Assembly (NCBI GenBank): GCA_039810485.1
Contig: JBDHXA010000005.1
Location: 1,192 to 65,191 of the forward strand
From: Chlorobiota bacterium
GTDB lineage: Bacteria > Bacteroidota > Ignavibacteria > Kapaibacteriales > UBA961
DNA: 64,000 bases
Reading direction: 5' to 3'
In this document: in pieces, positions 10,888 through 21,240 of the stretch
Layout of the letters: every line of letters starts with the position of its first letter
Numbering within the stretch: the first letter of the stretch is position 1
The notes under the pieces: model-generated
Told to the model about the DNA's origin: nothing
Databases searched by the model: none
Seen by the model: the letters and a program-made list of their open reading frames with translations, nothing else
Made by a program: the position numbers and the translations under genes

Positions 10888-11826
10888 ATGTCTAAAACAG
10901 AACCACCACAAATTGCTGCAAATTTAGAGCGGCGAGAATTTTTTCGTTTAGCAGCGGCTGCCGGAGCTTTTTTGATGTTCGGAAATATTGGTGCCGCGCA
11001 ACAAAAGAATAGATTGAACGCCACACAAAATGATACGGATAAAGAAGCAACAACTTGGTACATATTCGATCATATTATTACGTACGCAAGAGCTAATGGA
11101 TTTTCAGAATATCCAATCGGCGAATTAATGGGCAAGATAGGAAAGGTCTTTATTGCAACTCCTTATGTTGGCGGCACGCTCGAAGGATCTCCGGAAAAAT
11201 GCAGAATAGATCTCACAGGAATGGATTGCGTAACTTTTTTCGAGGATGTTCTCGGCATTTCTCGCATGTTAAAAAAGGGGCGATCAACATTCGATGATTT
11301 AACAAAGGAAATAACCTACTCGCGATATCGTAACGGTAAAATTGACGGCTATCTTTCACGGCTTCATTATACTTCTGATTGGTTCGCCGATAACGAAGTC
11401 AAAAAAATAGTTAAAAATATAACTCCATCTTTAGAAGGAGCAATAGATTTTCCGATCAATGTTTCTTATATGTCGCAACATCCTCATTTTTATCCTCCGC
11501 TTGATGCAGATCCTTCTTTGGTTCCTAAAGTAGCTGAAATAGAACGTAAAATCAATTCTGCAAAACATTGGTATGTGCCATCAGCAAATGTAAAAGCTAT
11601 TGAATCTCAATTAATGACAGGTGATATAATTGGAATTGCAACTAGCAAAGAAGGTCTTGATTATGCTCATACGGGTTTAATTTTTAGAGATGAACACAAT
11701 CGCTCTCGTTTCTTACACGCCTCATTAGATAAAAAACGCGTGTTTTTAGATAAGACGATTTCTGGCTATTTAAAGGGTATGCCAACCCATCTTGGCATTA
11801 CTGTAGTTCGACCGCTTAATGTCTAA
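10888..11826 (+). CDS. TAT-signal secreted protein, DUF1460-like (putative amidase-like fold)
   Basis: 312 aa. Twin-arginine-like N-terminus (ERREFFRLAAAAGAFL). The remainder resembles DUF1460-family proteins, and this family assignment is from memory only. Confidence 0.45.
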   Translation: MSKTEPPQIAANLERREFFRLAAAAGAFLMFGNIGAAQQKNRLNATQNDTDKEATTWYIFDHIITYARANGFSEYPIGELMGKIGKVFIATPYVGGTLEGSPEKCRIDLTGMDCVTFFEDVLGISRMLKKGRSTFDDLTKEITYSRYRNGKIDGYLSRLHYTSDWFADNEVKKIVKNITPSLEGAIDFPINVSYMSQHPHFYPPLDADPSLVPKVAEIERKINSAKHWYVPSANVKAIESQLMTGDIIGIATSKEGLDYAHTGLIFRDEHNRSRFLHASLDKKRVFLDKTISGYLKGMPTHLGITVVRPLNV

Positions 11827-11843
11827 CCAATGTACAAAGTATT

Positions 11844-11890
11844 GCCTCATATTGTAAATAGTTTATGTAATATGAGGCATTATTCTTTTC
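11844..11890 (+). terminator. Rho-independent terminator after the DUF1460-like gene
   Basis: Inverted repeat GCCTCATAT...ATATGAGGC (9-bp stem, ~17-nt loop) followed by ATTATTCTTTTC. Confidence 0.6.
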
Positions 11891-12012
11891 TAAACTTACG
11901 AACTTACTAAACCATTTCAACTTAGAAACATCGGCTATATTTTTCGTATATTACTTATATAAATTGCGACAAAAACAATCCGGTATTCAAACAAGAAATT
12001 AAGACTAAAAAA

Positions 12013-12126
12013 ATCGTATATTCGAACAGATAATCACGACAGATATTGTCGTATATTTTTAGAAGATTTACGACTTTTGTTGTCGGATATATCAGCGGTC
12101 AATCACGACATATCAAGTCAGATATA
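12013..12126. promoter_or_regulatory. Four direct repeats of a 9-bp motif (ATCGTATAT, GTCGTATAT, GTCGGATAT, GTCAGATAT) spaced 34-36 bp, in the 840-bp region upstream of the nar operon
   Basis: Read directly from the sequence at 12013, 12048, 12082 and 12118. The same motif occurs in reverse-complement form upstream of the bcr-like operon (30641-30775). Confidence 0.45.
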
Positions 12127-12666
12127 AATTTCATATTTATTATAAATATCAACAGGTTATATTATTGTGCTATATTTGAAAATTAAAGTTGCTCACTAAG
12201 AAAAATTTCTTGCTTTTACTCCGTTTAATTCGTAATTTGCATTATAAATTTTCAGAACAAATATAAAAGAACGCTATATTAAAGAGTGTCAACAAACCCT
12301 CAAAGAGTGCTGATGTGATAAGTAATTATTTCACAGATAAAAAGCTCGTTTCTTAAAGTTTTCTTTTACTCAAAATATTTTTTCGTTTCTTTAAATATAG
12401 TTCGAATTCAATTTTTGTTTCATCAATCGTGACATTAAATTCCTAAACTATTTGTTAGAATCGTAAAATCAGTTTCAATGTTGTTAAGGTTGAATACATA
12501 ATGTTAGGTCAAACTAGTTTTGAATAGAAGTTGTATCTACGATAAATTCAACTTTTTTTATAAACATCTAGAACAAAATAATGTTATTAGCATTGCTGGA
12601 AAAACTTGCACAAAAACCCAATTTGTTTGCTTAAACTAATATTGTCTATATAATTTGTAGAAAATC

Positions 12667-13530
12667 ATGAGGCATTTATCACTTTATTTTACGGCGTTCT
12701 TAATCTTAATAATTGGCTCTGCTACAGAAACGACAGCACAAAATGGCGAGGCGGTTTTTAATCAATATTGTAGCGCATGTCATAAGGTTGGAGGAGGCAG
12801 ATTAGTCGGTCCCGATCTCATGGGTATAACATCAAAAAGACCTGTAGATTGGTTGGTAAAATGGACACAATCTTCGCAAGCTCTTGTAAAGAGCGGAGAT
12901 CCTGAAGCAAAGAAAATTTTTGACGAGTTTAGTGGAATGATTATGCCCGATCAGAATATTCCTGAAGCTGATATAAAAAGCATATTTGCCTATATAGATA
13001 CTAAAAGTTCTTCATCTAATACTGCTTCTGCATCTGAAACTCCAAAAGCTCCTGCCTCGAATGCATCTGATAAAGCAACTCCTGAAGATATTGCAATAGG
13101 ACGAAGCATTTTTATCGGCTCACAACGATTAGCAAATGGCGGTCCTGCATGCATATCATGTCATAATGTTAATTACAAAGACGTATTGCAGGGTGGCTTG
13201 CTGGCAAAAGATTTAACAGACGTATTTAGCCGTATGGGCGGTGATGCCGGACTGCAAGGAATTCTGGGTGCTCCGCCATTTCCAGCTATGACACAAGCAT
13301 ATAAAGACAAGCATATAACAGATAAAGAATCTGCGTATCTGATAGCATTTCTAAATAAGGTTAATAAAGATACTGCAAATCAATCTGTAGCTTCTTATAA
13401 TATATTGCTCGTTGGAGGTGTTGGAGGAGCATGCGGACTCCTTTTGTTAATATTAGCGATTTGGCATGGAAGAAAAAGATTTGCCGTGAAAAAATCTATC
13501 TTTAACAGACAATTAAAATCATCTTTTTAA
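12667..13530 (+). CDS. Membrane-anchored dihaem c-type cytochrome (NarC-like) encoded immediately upstream of narG
   Basis: 287 aa. Signal peptide, two CxxCH motifs (CSACH, CISCH) and a C-terminal hydrophobic anchor (LLVGGVGGACGLLLLILAIW). Its position directly before narG parallels the Thermus narCGHJI arrangement. Confidence 0.75.
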   Translation: MRHLSLYFTAFLILIIGSATETTAQNGEAVFNQYCSACHKVGGGRLVGPDLMGITSKRPVDWLVKWTQSSQALVKSGDPEAKKIFDEFSGMIMPDQNIPEADIKSIFAYIDTKSSSSNTASASETPKAPASNASDKATPEDIAIGRSIFIGSQRLANGGPACISCHNVNYKDVLQGGLLAKDLTDVFSRMGGDAGLQGILGAPPFPAMTQAYKDKHITDKESAYLIAFLNKVNKDTANQSVASYNILLVGGVGGACGLLLLILAIWHGRKRFAVKKSIFNRQLKSSF

Positions 13531-13551
13531 TACATATTATATATAAAGAAT

Positions 13552-16500
13552 ATGAGTTGGATAGAAGACATTATCTCTCCACAAACAAGAAAGTGGGAAG
13601 AATTTTACCGCAACCGTTGGCAGTATGACAAAGTAGTGCGAAGCACTCACGGTGTAAACTGTACCGGTGGATGTTCCTGGAATATTCACGTGAAAGACGG
13701 TATCGTTGTTTGGGAAACTCAAGCCCTCGATTATCCGCTTTTGGAAAATACATTACCGCCTTACGAGCCGAGAGGTTGTCAGCGCGGTATTTCTTACTCA
13801 TGGTATTTATACAGTCCTATCCGTGTTAAGTATCCATTGATGCGTGGTGCTTTGATGGACTTGTTTAATAGTGAGAAAAAAGCTGTCGATGGCGATCCCG
13901 TTAAAGCATGGGAAAACCTTCAATCCAATCCTGAAAAACGCAAGCGTTATCAGAGAGCAAGAGGTAAAGGCGGTTTCAGACGCGCCAAGTGGGATGAAGT
14001 GCTCGAACTGATTGCAGCAGCAAATCTTTATACTATTAAGAAATACGGACCTGACAGAATCATCGGTTTCTCACCAATTCCTGCTATGTCTATGTTGAGT
14101 TATGCAGCAGGCGCTCGTTACCTTCAATTGATGGGTGGCGTAAACCTTAGTTTCTACGATTGGTATTGTGATCTTCCGAATGCATATCCTGAAATTTGGG
14201 GCGAGCAAACAGACGTGTGCGAAAGCGCTGACTGGTATAACTCTAAGTTCTGCGTTTCTATGGGTGCTAACCTTGGAATGACAAGAACTCCCGATATTCA
14301 CTTCTTCTCTGAATCAAAACATAACGGAACTAAAACCGTAGTAATGTCGCCTGACTTCAGCATGGTTGCAAAACACGCTGACCAGTGGATTCCTTGTCAT
14401 GCCGGCTCAGATGGCGCTTTCTGGATGGCAGTAACTCATGTTATCTTAAAAGAATATCATGCCGACAGACAAGTTCCTTATTTTATGGAATATGTTAAGC
14501 GTTACACCGATTGCCCGTTTCTTGTGGAACTTGAAAAAGTAGGAGACAATTATCGTCCGGGAAGAATGTTGCGCGCTAATCGTGTAGCTAAATATAAAGA
14601 CGTTGAAAATGGCGACTGGCAATTTTTGAATGTTGATTCTGCTTCAGGCAAATTAGTTTGTCCGAAAGGAACAATGGGTAGTCGTTGGGCAAAAGAAAAT
14701 AGCGGTAAATGGAATTTGAAATACGAAGATTTTCTTGACAATACCTCTTATGATCCATCATTGACTTTATTAAATAAGAGCGATGATGTGTATCAGGTTG
14801 AATTTGTTGAATATGGAATGGATAAAACTGCGCTTCGCGGAGTTCCTGTAAAAATGGTTGAAACAACAGACGGTAAAAAAGTTCCTGTTGCAACTATTTA
14901 TGACCTTACTATGGGTCAGTATGGCGTAGGCAGAGGATTGAAAGGCGAATATCCTTCTTCTTATGATGATGATAAACAGGCATACACTCCGGCATGGCAG
15001 GAAATTTTTACCGGTGTTGGAAGAAAGACCGTTCTCAAATTTGCTCATGAATGGGCTGATACTGCTGAAATCACTAAGGGAAAATGTATGGTGATTGTTG
15101 GCGCTGCCATCAACCATTGGTTCCATGGCAACCTGATGTATCGCGCTGCTATCATGGCTCAAATGCTGACAGGATGCAACGGTGTGAATGGCGGTGGAAT
15201 GAACCACTATGTAGGACAGGAAAAATTAGCTCCGGTTGATTCATGGGGAACAATCATGGCAGCAAAGGACTGGGTCCCTGCAAACCGCTTGCAACAAGGT
15301 CCTATCTGGCATTACATCAACTCCGACCAATGGAGATATGATAACAACCAGATGGACTACAACAGTGTTCCGAAAGACAATAAATTTTCACAGATGCACT
15401 CTGCCGACTGGACGGTTATGTCTGTTCGTAACGGATGGATGCCTTTCTATCCGCAATACAACAAGAGCAATCTGGATGTGGTAAAAGATGCTATGGCAGC
15501 AGGAGCTAATGATGATGACGCTATCAGAAAATATATTGTTGAGAAACTGAAATCGAAAGAATTATTGCACTCTGTGGCTGATCCTGATGCAGACGTAAAC
15601 TTCCCCCGTAACTGGTTTATATGGCGCGGAAATGCCTTGATGTCAAGTGCCAAAGGACATGAATACATGCTTGACCATTACCTCGGAACGCATACAAATA
15701 AAATTGCTGACGAAGTTGCTCAGGAGCATGTTCATGATATTATCTGGCGTGAAGCGCCTAAAGGCAAAATGGATTTAGTTGTGGATATTAATTTCCGCAT
15801 GGATACTTCTGCGCTTTATTCAGACATTGTGTTGCCAACAGCTTCATGGTATGAGAAAGCAGACTTAAACTCAACTGACTTACACTCATTCATTCACCCA
15901 CTTTCAGCAGCAGTTGCTCCTGTTTGGGAAGCAAAAAGCGATTGGCAGATATTCCAGGCAATAGCCAAGCGAGTAAGCGAGTTGGCTGTTACGCATCTTC
16001 CTAATCTAGTGAAGGACGTAATCAATGCGCCTTTGTCTCACGACTCTGCCGATGAAATTACTCAACCTCGTATGCTCGACTGGGCAAAAGGCGAGTGTGA
16101 ACCGGTTCCCGGAAAATCAATGCACAAGTTAGTGTTCGTGGAAAGAGATTATACGCAGATTTACAATAAATACATTTCACTCGGACCAAACATTAAAACC
16201 AATCAGTTAGGCGCACACGGAGTGTCTTACATGGCGGATGATGTTTATGCTGAAATGCTGGAAGACAAACGCCACGTTCAGAAAGTAAATGGAGTGGAAT
16301 ATCCTTCGGTAAAAGAAGACGTGGAAGCGGTAAATGCAGTATTAACACTCTCTACGCTTACCAACGGAATGTTGAATGACAGAGCATATAAAATCATGGA
16401 AAAGAAAACCGGATTGGTGCTTGCTGATTTAGGAGAAGGAAGTAAAGATGTACGTATTGATTATAAAGATTTACAAGCACAGCCAAGAAGATACAACACT

Positions 16501-17175
16501 TCGCCATTGTGGTCAGGGTTGATGAATAACGGTCGTGCTTATTGTGCATATACTTACAATGTGGACAGATTGGTTCCCTGGAGAACATTGACAGGTCGTC
16601 AGCATTTCTACTTAGATCATGACGGCTACATTGCCTTCGGAGAACATCTTGCAACATACAAACCATCTCCAACGCCTCAGGTTTATGGTGATTTGCGTAA
16701 AACAGTCAATGACGGAAAAGCAAGAATGTTGAATGTACTTACTCCTCACGGAAAATGGCATATTCACTCGACTTATGGCGATACACTGCGAATGTTAACG
16801 CTGTCGCGTGGTATTGAGCCTTGCTGGATGAGTGAAGAAGATGCAGCAGCACTGGGCATTAAAGACAACGACTGGGTAGAAGTATATAACGACCACGGAG
16901 TGTATTGCACACGCGCTTGTGTGAGTGCAAGGATTCCAAAAGGTGTTTGTATCGTTTATCACTCGCCTGAAAGAACTTATACTGTTCCTAAATCGCAGGT
17001 TAGAGGCAATAGGCGCGCAGGCGGACACAACAGTTTTACACGTGTACACCTGAAGCCAAATCTGATGACAGGAGGTTACGGACAGTTCTCCTATCACTTC
17101 AACTATTGGGGACCTGTTGGGGTAAATCGTGATACTCACGTTTTAGTAAGAAAAATGGAAAAAGTTATATTTTAA
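13552..17175 (+). CDS. narG: Respiratory nitrate reductase alpha subunit
   Basis: 1207 aa. N-terminal FS0 cluster motif [11 protein letters not shown] and length and content typical of NarG. No TAT signal, so the catalytic site faces the cytoplasm. Confidence 0.95.
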   Translation: MSWIEDIISPQTRKWEEFYRNRWQYDKVVRSTHGVNCTGGCSWNIHVKDGIVVWETQALDYPLLENTLPPYEPRGCQRGISYSWYLYSPIRVKYPLMRGALMDLFNSEKKAVDGDPVKAWENLQSNPEKRKRYQRARGKGGFRRAKWDEVLELIAAANLYTIKKYGPDRIIGFSPIPAMSMLSYAAGARYLQLMGGVNLSFYDWYCDLPNAYPEIWGEQTDVCESADWYNSKFCVSMGANLGMTRTPDIHFFSESKHNGTKTVVMSPDFSMVAKHADQWIPCHAGSDGAFWMAVTHVILKEYHADRQVPYFMEYVKRYTDCPFLVELEKVGDNYRPGRMLRANRVAKYKDVENGDWQFLNVDSASGKLVCPKGTMGSRWAKENSGKWNLKYEDFLDNTSYDPSLTLLNKSDDVYQVEFVEYGMDKTALRGVPVKMVETTDGKKVPVATIYDLTMGQYGVGRGLKGEYPSSYDDDKQAYTPAWQEIFTGVGRKTVLKFAHEWADTAEITKGKCMVIVGAAINHWFHGNLMYRAAIMAQMLTGCNGVNGGGMNHYVGQEKLAPVDSWGTIMAAKDWVPANRLQQGPIWHYINSDQWRYDNNQMDYNSVPKDNKFSQMHSADWTVMSVRNGWMPFYPQYNKSNLDVVKDAMAAGANDDDAIRKYIVEKLKSKELLHSVADPDADVNFPRNWFIWRGNALMSSAKGHEYMLDHYLGTHTNKIADEVAQEHVHDIIWREAPKGKMDLVVDINFRMDTSALYSDIVLPTASWYEKADLNSTDLHSFIHPLSAAVAPVWEAKSDWQIFQAIAKRVSELAVTHLPNLVKDVINAPLSHDSADEITQPRMLDWAKGECEPVPGKSMHKLVFVERDYTQIYNKYISLGPNIKTNQLGAHGVSYMADDVYAEMLEDKRHVQKVNGVEYPSVKEDVEAVNAVLTLSTLTNGMLNDRAYKIMEKKTGLVLADLGEGSKDVRIDYKDLQAQPRRYNTSPLWSGLMNNGRAYCAYTYNVDRLVPWRTLTGRQHFYLDHDGYIAFGEHLATYKPSPTPQVYGDLRKTVNDGKARMLNVLTPHGKWHIHSTYGDTLRMLTLSRGIEPCWMSEEDAAALGIKDNDWVEVYNDHGVYCTRACVSARIPKGVCIVYHSPERTYTVPKSQVRGNRRAGGHNSFTRVHLKPNLMTGGYGQFSYHFNYWGPVGVNRDTHVLVRKMEKVIF

Positions 17176-17187
17176 TACAAAAAAACT

Positions 17188-18678
17188 ATGGATATAAGAT
17201 CACAAGTTTCAATGGTTTTTCATCTCGATAAATGTATCGGATGCCACACATGTTCTATTGCTTGTAAAAATATCTGGACTGATCGCAAAGGTGCAGAATA
17301 TATGTGGTGGAACAATGTTGAAACAAAGCCGGGCACGGGTTATCCCACAAAGTGGGAAGACCAAGAAATTTACAGAGGCGGCTGGGAGAAAAATGGCGAC
17401 ACCGTGTCGCTCAAAGGTGCCGGTAAATTTAAAGGGTTGAAAAATATATTTCATAATCCGCATTTGCCTGTTCTCGATGACTACTATGAGCCATGGACCT
17501 ATAAGTATCAAGATCTATTTACAGCTCCGGAAGGTGATGACCAGCCGACTGCACGTCCTGTGTCTCTCATAACTGGAGAACATATAGAAGTGCAGGCTGG
17601 CCCAAATTGGGATGATGATTTAGGCGGCTCTCCTGATTATGCACGTCAAGACGTTAATTTGAATGAACTTTCTGCTGCTGAACAAGAAGCAATGTTTCAG
17701 CTTGAAAGGATGACATTCTTCTATCTGCCAAGAATATGCAATCATTGCCTCAATCCTGCTTGTGTGGCTTCCTGCCCTTCTGGAGCTATTTACAAACGAG
17801 GTGAAGATGGCGTTGTATTGATTAATCAAGAGCGTTGCCGTGCATGGAGAATGTGTGTAACTGCTTGCCCATATAAAAAGAGCTATTACAATTGGCATAC
17901 CGGCAAATCAGAAAAATGCGTTCTTTGCTATCCGCGTTTGGAATCTGGGCAAGCGCCTGCATGTTTCCACTCATGTGTGGGCAGGATTCGCTATTTGGGT
18001 GTTATGCTTTATGATGCTGACAGAATACAGCAAGTTGCATCGGTTCCCGAAGACCAATTAGTAGATGCGCAAATGGATATTTATTTAGACCCATTTGATC
18101 CGGTAGTAATCAAGCAAGCACGCTTAAATGGCATAGCAGATTCAACTATTGAAGCAGCTCAAAAATCACCTGTGTATAAATTCGTAAAAGAATGGAAGCT
18201 CGCTCTTCCGTTGCATCCGGAATTTAGGACTTTGCCTAATCTGTTCTATGTGCCTGCGCTATTGCCAACAATGGCAACAGTCAGCAATGGCGTATATGAT
18301 TCAACGAGTGCTTCGTTGTGGAATGGAGTTGAAAAAAATCGTTTGCCTATGAAATATCTTGCATCACTTTTTTCGGCAGGCAACACCGATAAAATCGTTG
18401 AAGTTATGAAACGCTTGATGGCTGTGCGGATGCATAGAAGAAGCACTACCGTTGGAGATGTGACCACAATGGAAGTCGCTTCATCATTGAAAGATGCTCA
18501 AATTGACGGAGAAATTGCTGATGCAATATTCCGACTAACATCATTGGCAACCTTCGACGAGCGATTTGTAATACCTCCAGCCCATCGTGAAGAGTCAATA
18601 GAAATGCTTGAAAACACTGCAGATGTAAAAGGAAATACCGGTTTCGGATTCAAAGAAAGACCCGCTCGAGGATTATAA
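17188..18678 (+). CDS. narH: Respiratory nitrate reductase beta subunit (Fe-S)
   Basis: 496 aa with several Cys clusters (CIGCHTCSIAC, CNHCLNPACVASCP, CRAWRMCVTACP). Translationally coupled to narG. Confidence 0.95.
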   Translation: MDIRSQVSMVFHLDKCIGCHTCSIACKNIWTDRKGAEYMWWNNVETKPGTGYPTKWEDQEIYRGGWEKNGDTVSLKGAGKFKGLKNIFHNPHLPVLDDYYEPWTYKYQDLFTAPEGDDQPTARPVSLITGEHIEVQAGPNWDDDLGGSPDYARQDVNLNELSAAEQEAMFQLERMTFFYLPRICNHCLNPACVASCPSGAIYKRGEDGVVLINQERCRAWRMCVTACPYKKSYYNWHTGKSEKCVLCYPRLESGQAPACFHSCVGRIRYLGVMLYDADRIQQVASVPEDQLVDAQMDIYLDPFDPVVIKQARLNGIADSTIEAAQKSPVYKFVKEWKLALPLHPEFRTLPNLFYVPALLPTMATVSNGVYDSTSASLWNGVEKNRLPMKYLASLFSAGNTDKIVEVMKRLMAVRMHRRSTTVGDVTTMEVASSLKDAQIDGEIADAIFRLTSLATFDERFVIPPAHREESIEMLENTADVKGNTGFGFKERPARGL

Positions 18679-19383
18679 ATGGATCAATATTATCATTATA
18701 ACATATTAGCTGATCTGTTCAGATATCCCGGCTCTAATTTTATCGAGATACTGAATAATTGCAAAGAAGTATTAGAAAATATAAGTTCAGAAGCATCGCA
18801 AGAATTTAAGGTGTATTACACCTATATGATTGAATGCACAGAAGATCAGCGCGAAGAATTATATACTAAAACTTTTGACGTTCAACCAATTTGTTATTTA
18901 GATTTAGGTTATGTTATTTTTGGCGAGGATTATAAACGCGGGGCTTTTCTGCTGAATATGCAGCAAGAACAACAAAAAGCAGGAAATGATTGCGGAACAG
19001 ATTTGCCTGATAATATTTGCAATGTTCTTACTTTTTTCTATAAAACAAACAACCAGCAAATTGTGAATGAATTGGCAGTCAAGATTCTTATTCCCGCAGT
19101 TGAAAAGATGATTGCAGAATTTGCGCAAGCACGGGTTGAATTGAAAGTCAATGTGTTAAAAAAGCTTCATAGCGCTATTATACAAGAAGAACTCAATCAG
19201 GGAAACGTCTATCAGAACGCATTTAAAGCGCTTTTGCAAGTCCTAAAAAAAGATTTCAAAGATGTTAGTTTTGAACAAGAACATGATACTATCATTAATC
19301 TTCAGCATCACAAATCATTCTTTGGAAAACAAAGCGTAAATATTGAGATAAACAATTTAGTTAGTAATTATCAACTTGATTAG
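18679..19383 (+). CDS. narJ: Nitrate reductase assembly chaperone (delta subunit)
   Basis: 234 aa acidic protein in the canonical position between narH and narI. Its start overlaps the narH stop. Confidence 0.8.
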   Translation: MDQYYHYNILADLFRYPGSNFIEILNNCKEVLENISSEASQEFKVYYTYMIECTEDQREELYTKTFDVQPICYLDLGYVIFGEDYKRGAFLLNMQQEQQKAGNDCGTDLPDNICNVLTFFYKTNNQQIVNELAVKILIPAVEKMIAEFAQARVELKVNVLKKLHSAIIQEELNQGNVYQNAFKALLQVLKKDFKDVSFEQEHDTIINLQHHKSFFGKQSVNIEINNLVSNYQLD

Positions 19384-19385
19384 CT

Positions 19386-20111
19386 ATGACAAATACTTTG
19401 CTGTTCATTGTTCTGCCTTATGCAGCGCTTCTAATTTTTTTGATTGGCTCAATATATCGCTATATGAGCAAACAATTTAGCGTGTCTTCTATTTCATCGC
19501 AATTTTTAGAGAGCAGGCGACTCTTTTGGGGCAGTCAGCCATTCCATTGGGGTTTATTTATATTATTTTTTGGACATTTAACGGCTTTTCTCTTTCCTCG
19601 GGCAGTATTGGCGTGGAATGGCGAACCAATGCGTCTACTTATATTGGAAATATCTGCTTTTTCCTTTGGTTTGCTATCGCTGATTGGAGTATTACTTCTA
19701 ATCCTTAGAAGATTCTCCAATAGTCGTGTTCAAATTGTTACTAGTAAGATGGACATTGTAGTTTATGTGATTTTACTCATACAAATAATATCGGGATTAT
19801 TGGTTGCTTATGACAATCGTTGGGGATCTTCTTGGTTTGCGGCGTTTGTAACTCCGTATCTTCGCTCAATATTTGTGTTTGATCCTCAAATGGAAGCAAT
19901 AGTCAGCGTAAATTCTCTGTCTCTTAAAATACATATTGTTTCGGCATTTACACTTATTGGCCTTATACCATTTACAAGGTTTATGCATTTCTTGGTTTAT
20001 CCTTTAGATTATTTGTGGAGAAATTATCAGCAAGTAATCTGGAATTGGGATAGAAAGAGAATTCGCACTTCGCGCTCTCATTCTGAGGGTCACGCATCTA
20101 TGAATAACTAA
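19386..20111 (+). CDS. narI: Respiratory nitrate reductase gamma subunit (dihaem b membrane anchor)
   Basis: 241 aa, five hydrophobic helices, conserved His in helices 2 and 5 (HWGLF, HFLVYP). Last gene of the narGHJI block. Confidence 0.85.
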   Translation: MTNTLLFIVLPYAALLIFLIGSIYRYMSKQFSVSSISSQFLESRRLFWGSQPFHWGLFILFFGHLTAFLFPRAVLAWNGEPMRLLILEISAFSFGLLSLIGVLLLILRRFSNSRVQIVTSKMDIVVYVILLIQIISGLLVAYDNRWGSSWFAAFVTPYLRSIFVFDPQMEAIVSVNSLSLKIHIVSAFTLIGLIPFTRFMHFLVYPLDYLWRNYQQVIWNWDRKRIRTSRSHSEGHASMNN

Positions 20112-20169
20112 AATTATTCTTACACGCTAATTATTATTGATTAAAATTCAAAGGTATTAAATATAGATT

Positions 20170-20838
20170 ATGGTTAATCTTAAAGAGTTAGCCAAAACGG
20201 ATCCTATTAAACGAAATGCAGAAAAAGGACTTGAACAAGTTGAAAACTCACCTATGGATCCACCTTCGGCTTATGAACAACCGAGAGTATTGAAAAATGA
20301 TTCTGAAAATATGGGAAATGCATTGCAGATTTTGATGGACGAGCATAAAAATGCTTTGACTAAAATTGAAAGTTTTGAGAAGGCTTTAGTAGAATTCAAA
20401 TCAAGTGGATATAAACTTGACAAGAAAATGAACGAAATATTCAAGGAGTTCTTTAGTTTCCTTGACAATGGTTTATTTCCTCATAACAGCAAGGAAGAAA
20501 AAGCGCTTTTTCCCACTCTCCATAAAAAACTCATTGAAGTAGGAGAACATGGAATAGGAGAAAATCCAAGGACTGCCATTGACGTAATGGAAGATGATCA
20601 TATTAAGTTTATACAATTAGGAGCTTTAACATTTAATTTTCTTGGACTTGCCACTCGTATTAATGATGAGAAATCGCGCGTTTTTATATTGGACACTGCC
20701 TACGAGAATGGACGCGAATTAATTGAATTATTAAAGCTTCATATATTCCGAGAGGACTACACTCTTTTTCCGCTCGCGCAAAAACATCTGTCGAAAGAGG
20801 AATTAGATAATATAGAAAAAGAAATGAAAAAATATTGA
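20170..20838 (+). CDS. Hemerythrin-like (HHE cation-binding) domain protein
   Basis: 222 aa with repeated H/HxxxE-type motifs (MDEHKNAL, FPHNSKEE, MEDDHIKF, HIFREDY). Sits between narI and narK. Confidence 0.55.
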   Translation: MVNLKELAKTDPIKRNAEKGLEQVENSPMDPPSAYEQPRVLKNDSENMGNALQILMDEHKNALTKIESFEKALVEFKSSGYKLDKKMNEIFKEFFSFLDNGLFPHNSKEEKALFPTLHKKLIEVGEHGIGENPRTAIDVMEDDHIKFIQLGALTFNFLGLATRINDEKSRVFILDTAYENGRELIELLKLHIFREDYTLFPLAQKHLSKEELDNIEKEMKKY

Positions 20839-20875
20839 TGAATTGCATATTGTTAAAGTAATTCATCAATTATGT

Positions 20876-21068
20876 ATGAGCCCACTCCGAAAAGTCGTGT
20901 AATATTTCAAATCAAAGAAAACATGGTGAAAAAGTACAGTTTTTACTCGTTTTCAAGTGAAAAACGTCAAAAAACGACTTTTTTAGCTCTTGAAAGATAA
21001 GTTTTTTTGAAAAATAGCGAATCTTTTGTCTGCAATTTTTATGAAATATCTTTTCGGAGTGGGCTCAT
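20876..21068 (+). mobile_element. MITE-like non-autonomous element, copy 1 (193 bp, 19-bp perfect terminal inverted repeats ATGAGCCCACTCCGAAAAG)
   Basis: Left end ATGAGCCCACTCCGAAAAG at 20876. Right end CTTTTCGGAGTGGGCTCAT ends at 21068. No ORF inside. A second copy, ~87% identical and in inverted orientation, lies at 59111-59302. Confidence 0.7.
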
Positions 21069-21131
21069 GTATAATAAATATAAAAGTTATAGCAGAAATT
21101 AATTTTCTTGAAATATGTCTTATTAATATGT

Positions 21132-21158
21132 AAAGTCCATAGCCGGTTAACAGAACCG
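21132..21158 (+). terminator. Rho-independent terminator
   Basis: GCCGGTT-AACAG-AACCGGC hairpin followed by TTTTTTTT. Confidence 0.65.
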
Positions 21159-21240
21159 GCTTTTTTTTACTGATAAAAATTATTTGCCTCTTTCTCATTG
21201 CGTTCATTATAATATTTATAAATAACTTAGTGGTTGTTTC

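Noticed and set aside
12400-12560. FNR/CRP-type palindromes upstream of the nar operon (for example TTCATCAATCGTGACA; TTGAA-N22-TTCAA)
   Set aside because: None matches TTGAT-N4-ATCAA with correct spacing, so a specific regulator site cannot be claimed from sequence alone.
20860-21070. Possible small protein or sRNA gene inside the MITE-like element
   Set aside because: No ORF of at least 30 codons with a ribosome-binding site. The internal sequence is low-complexity A/T-rich with conserved ends only, so it is better explained as a non-autonomous element.
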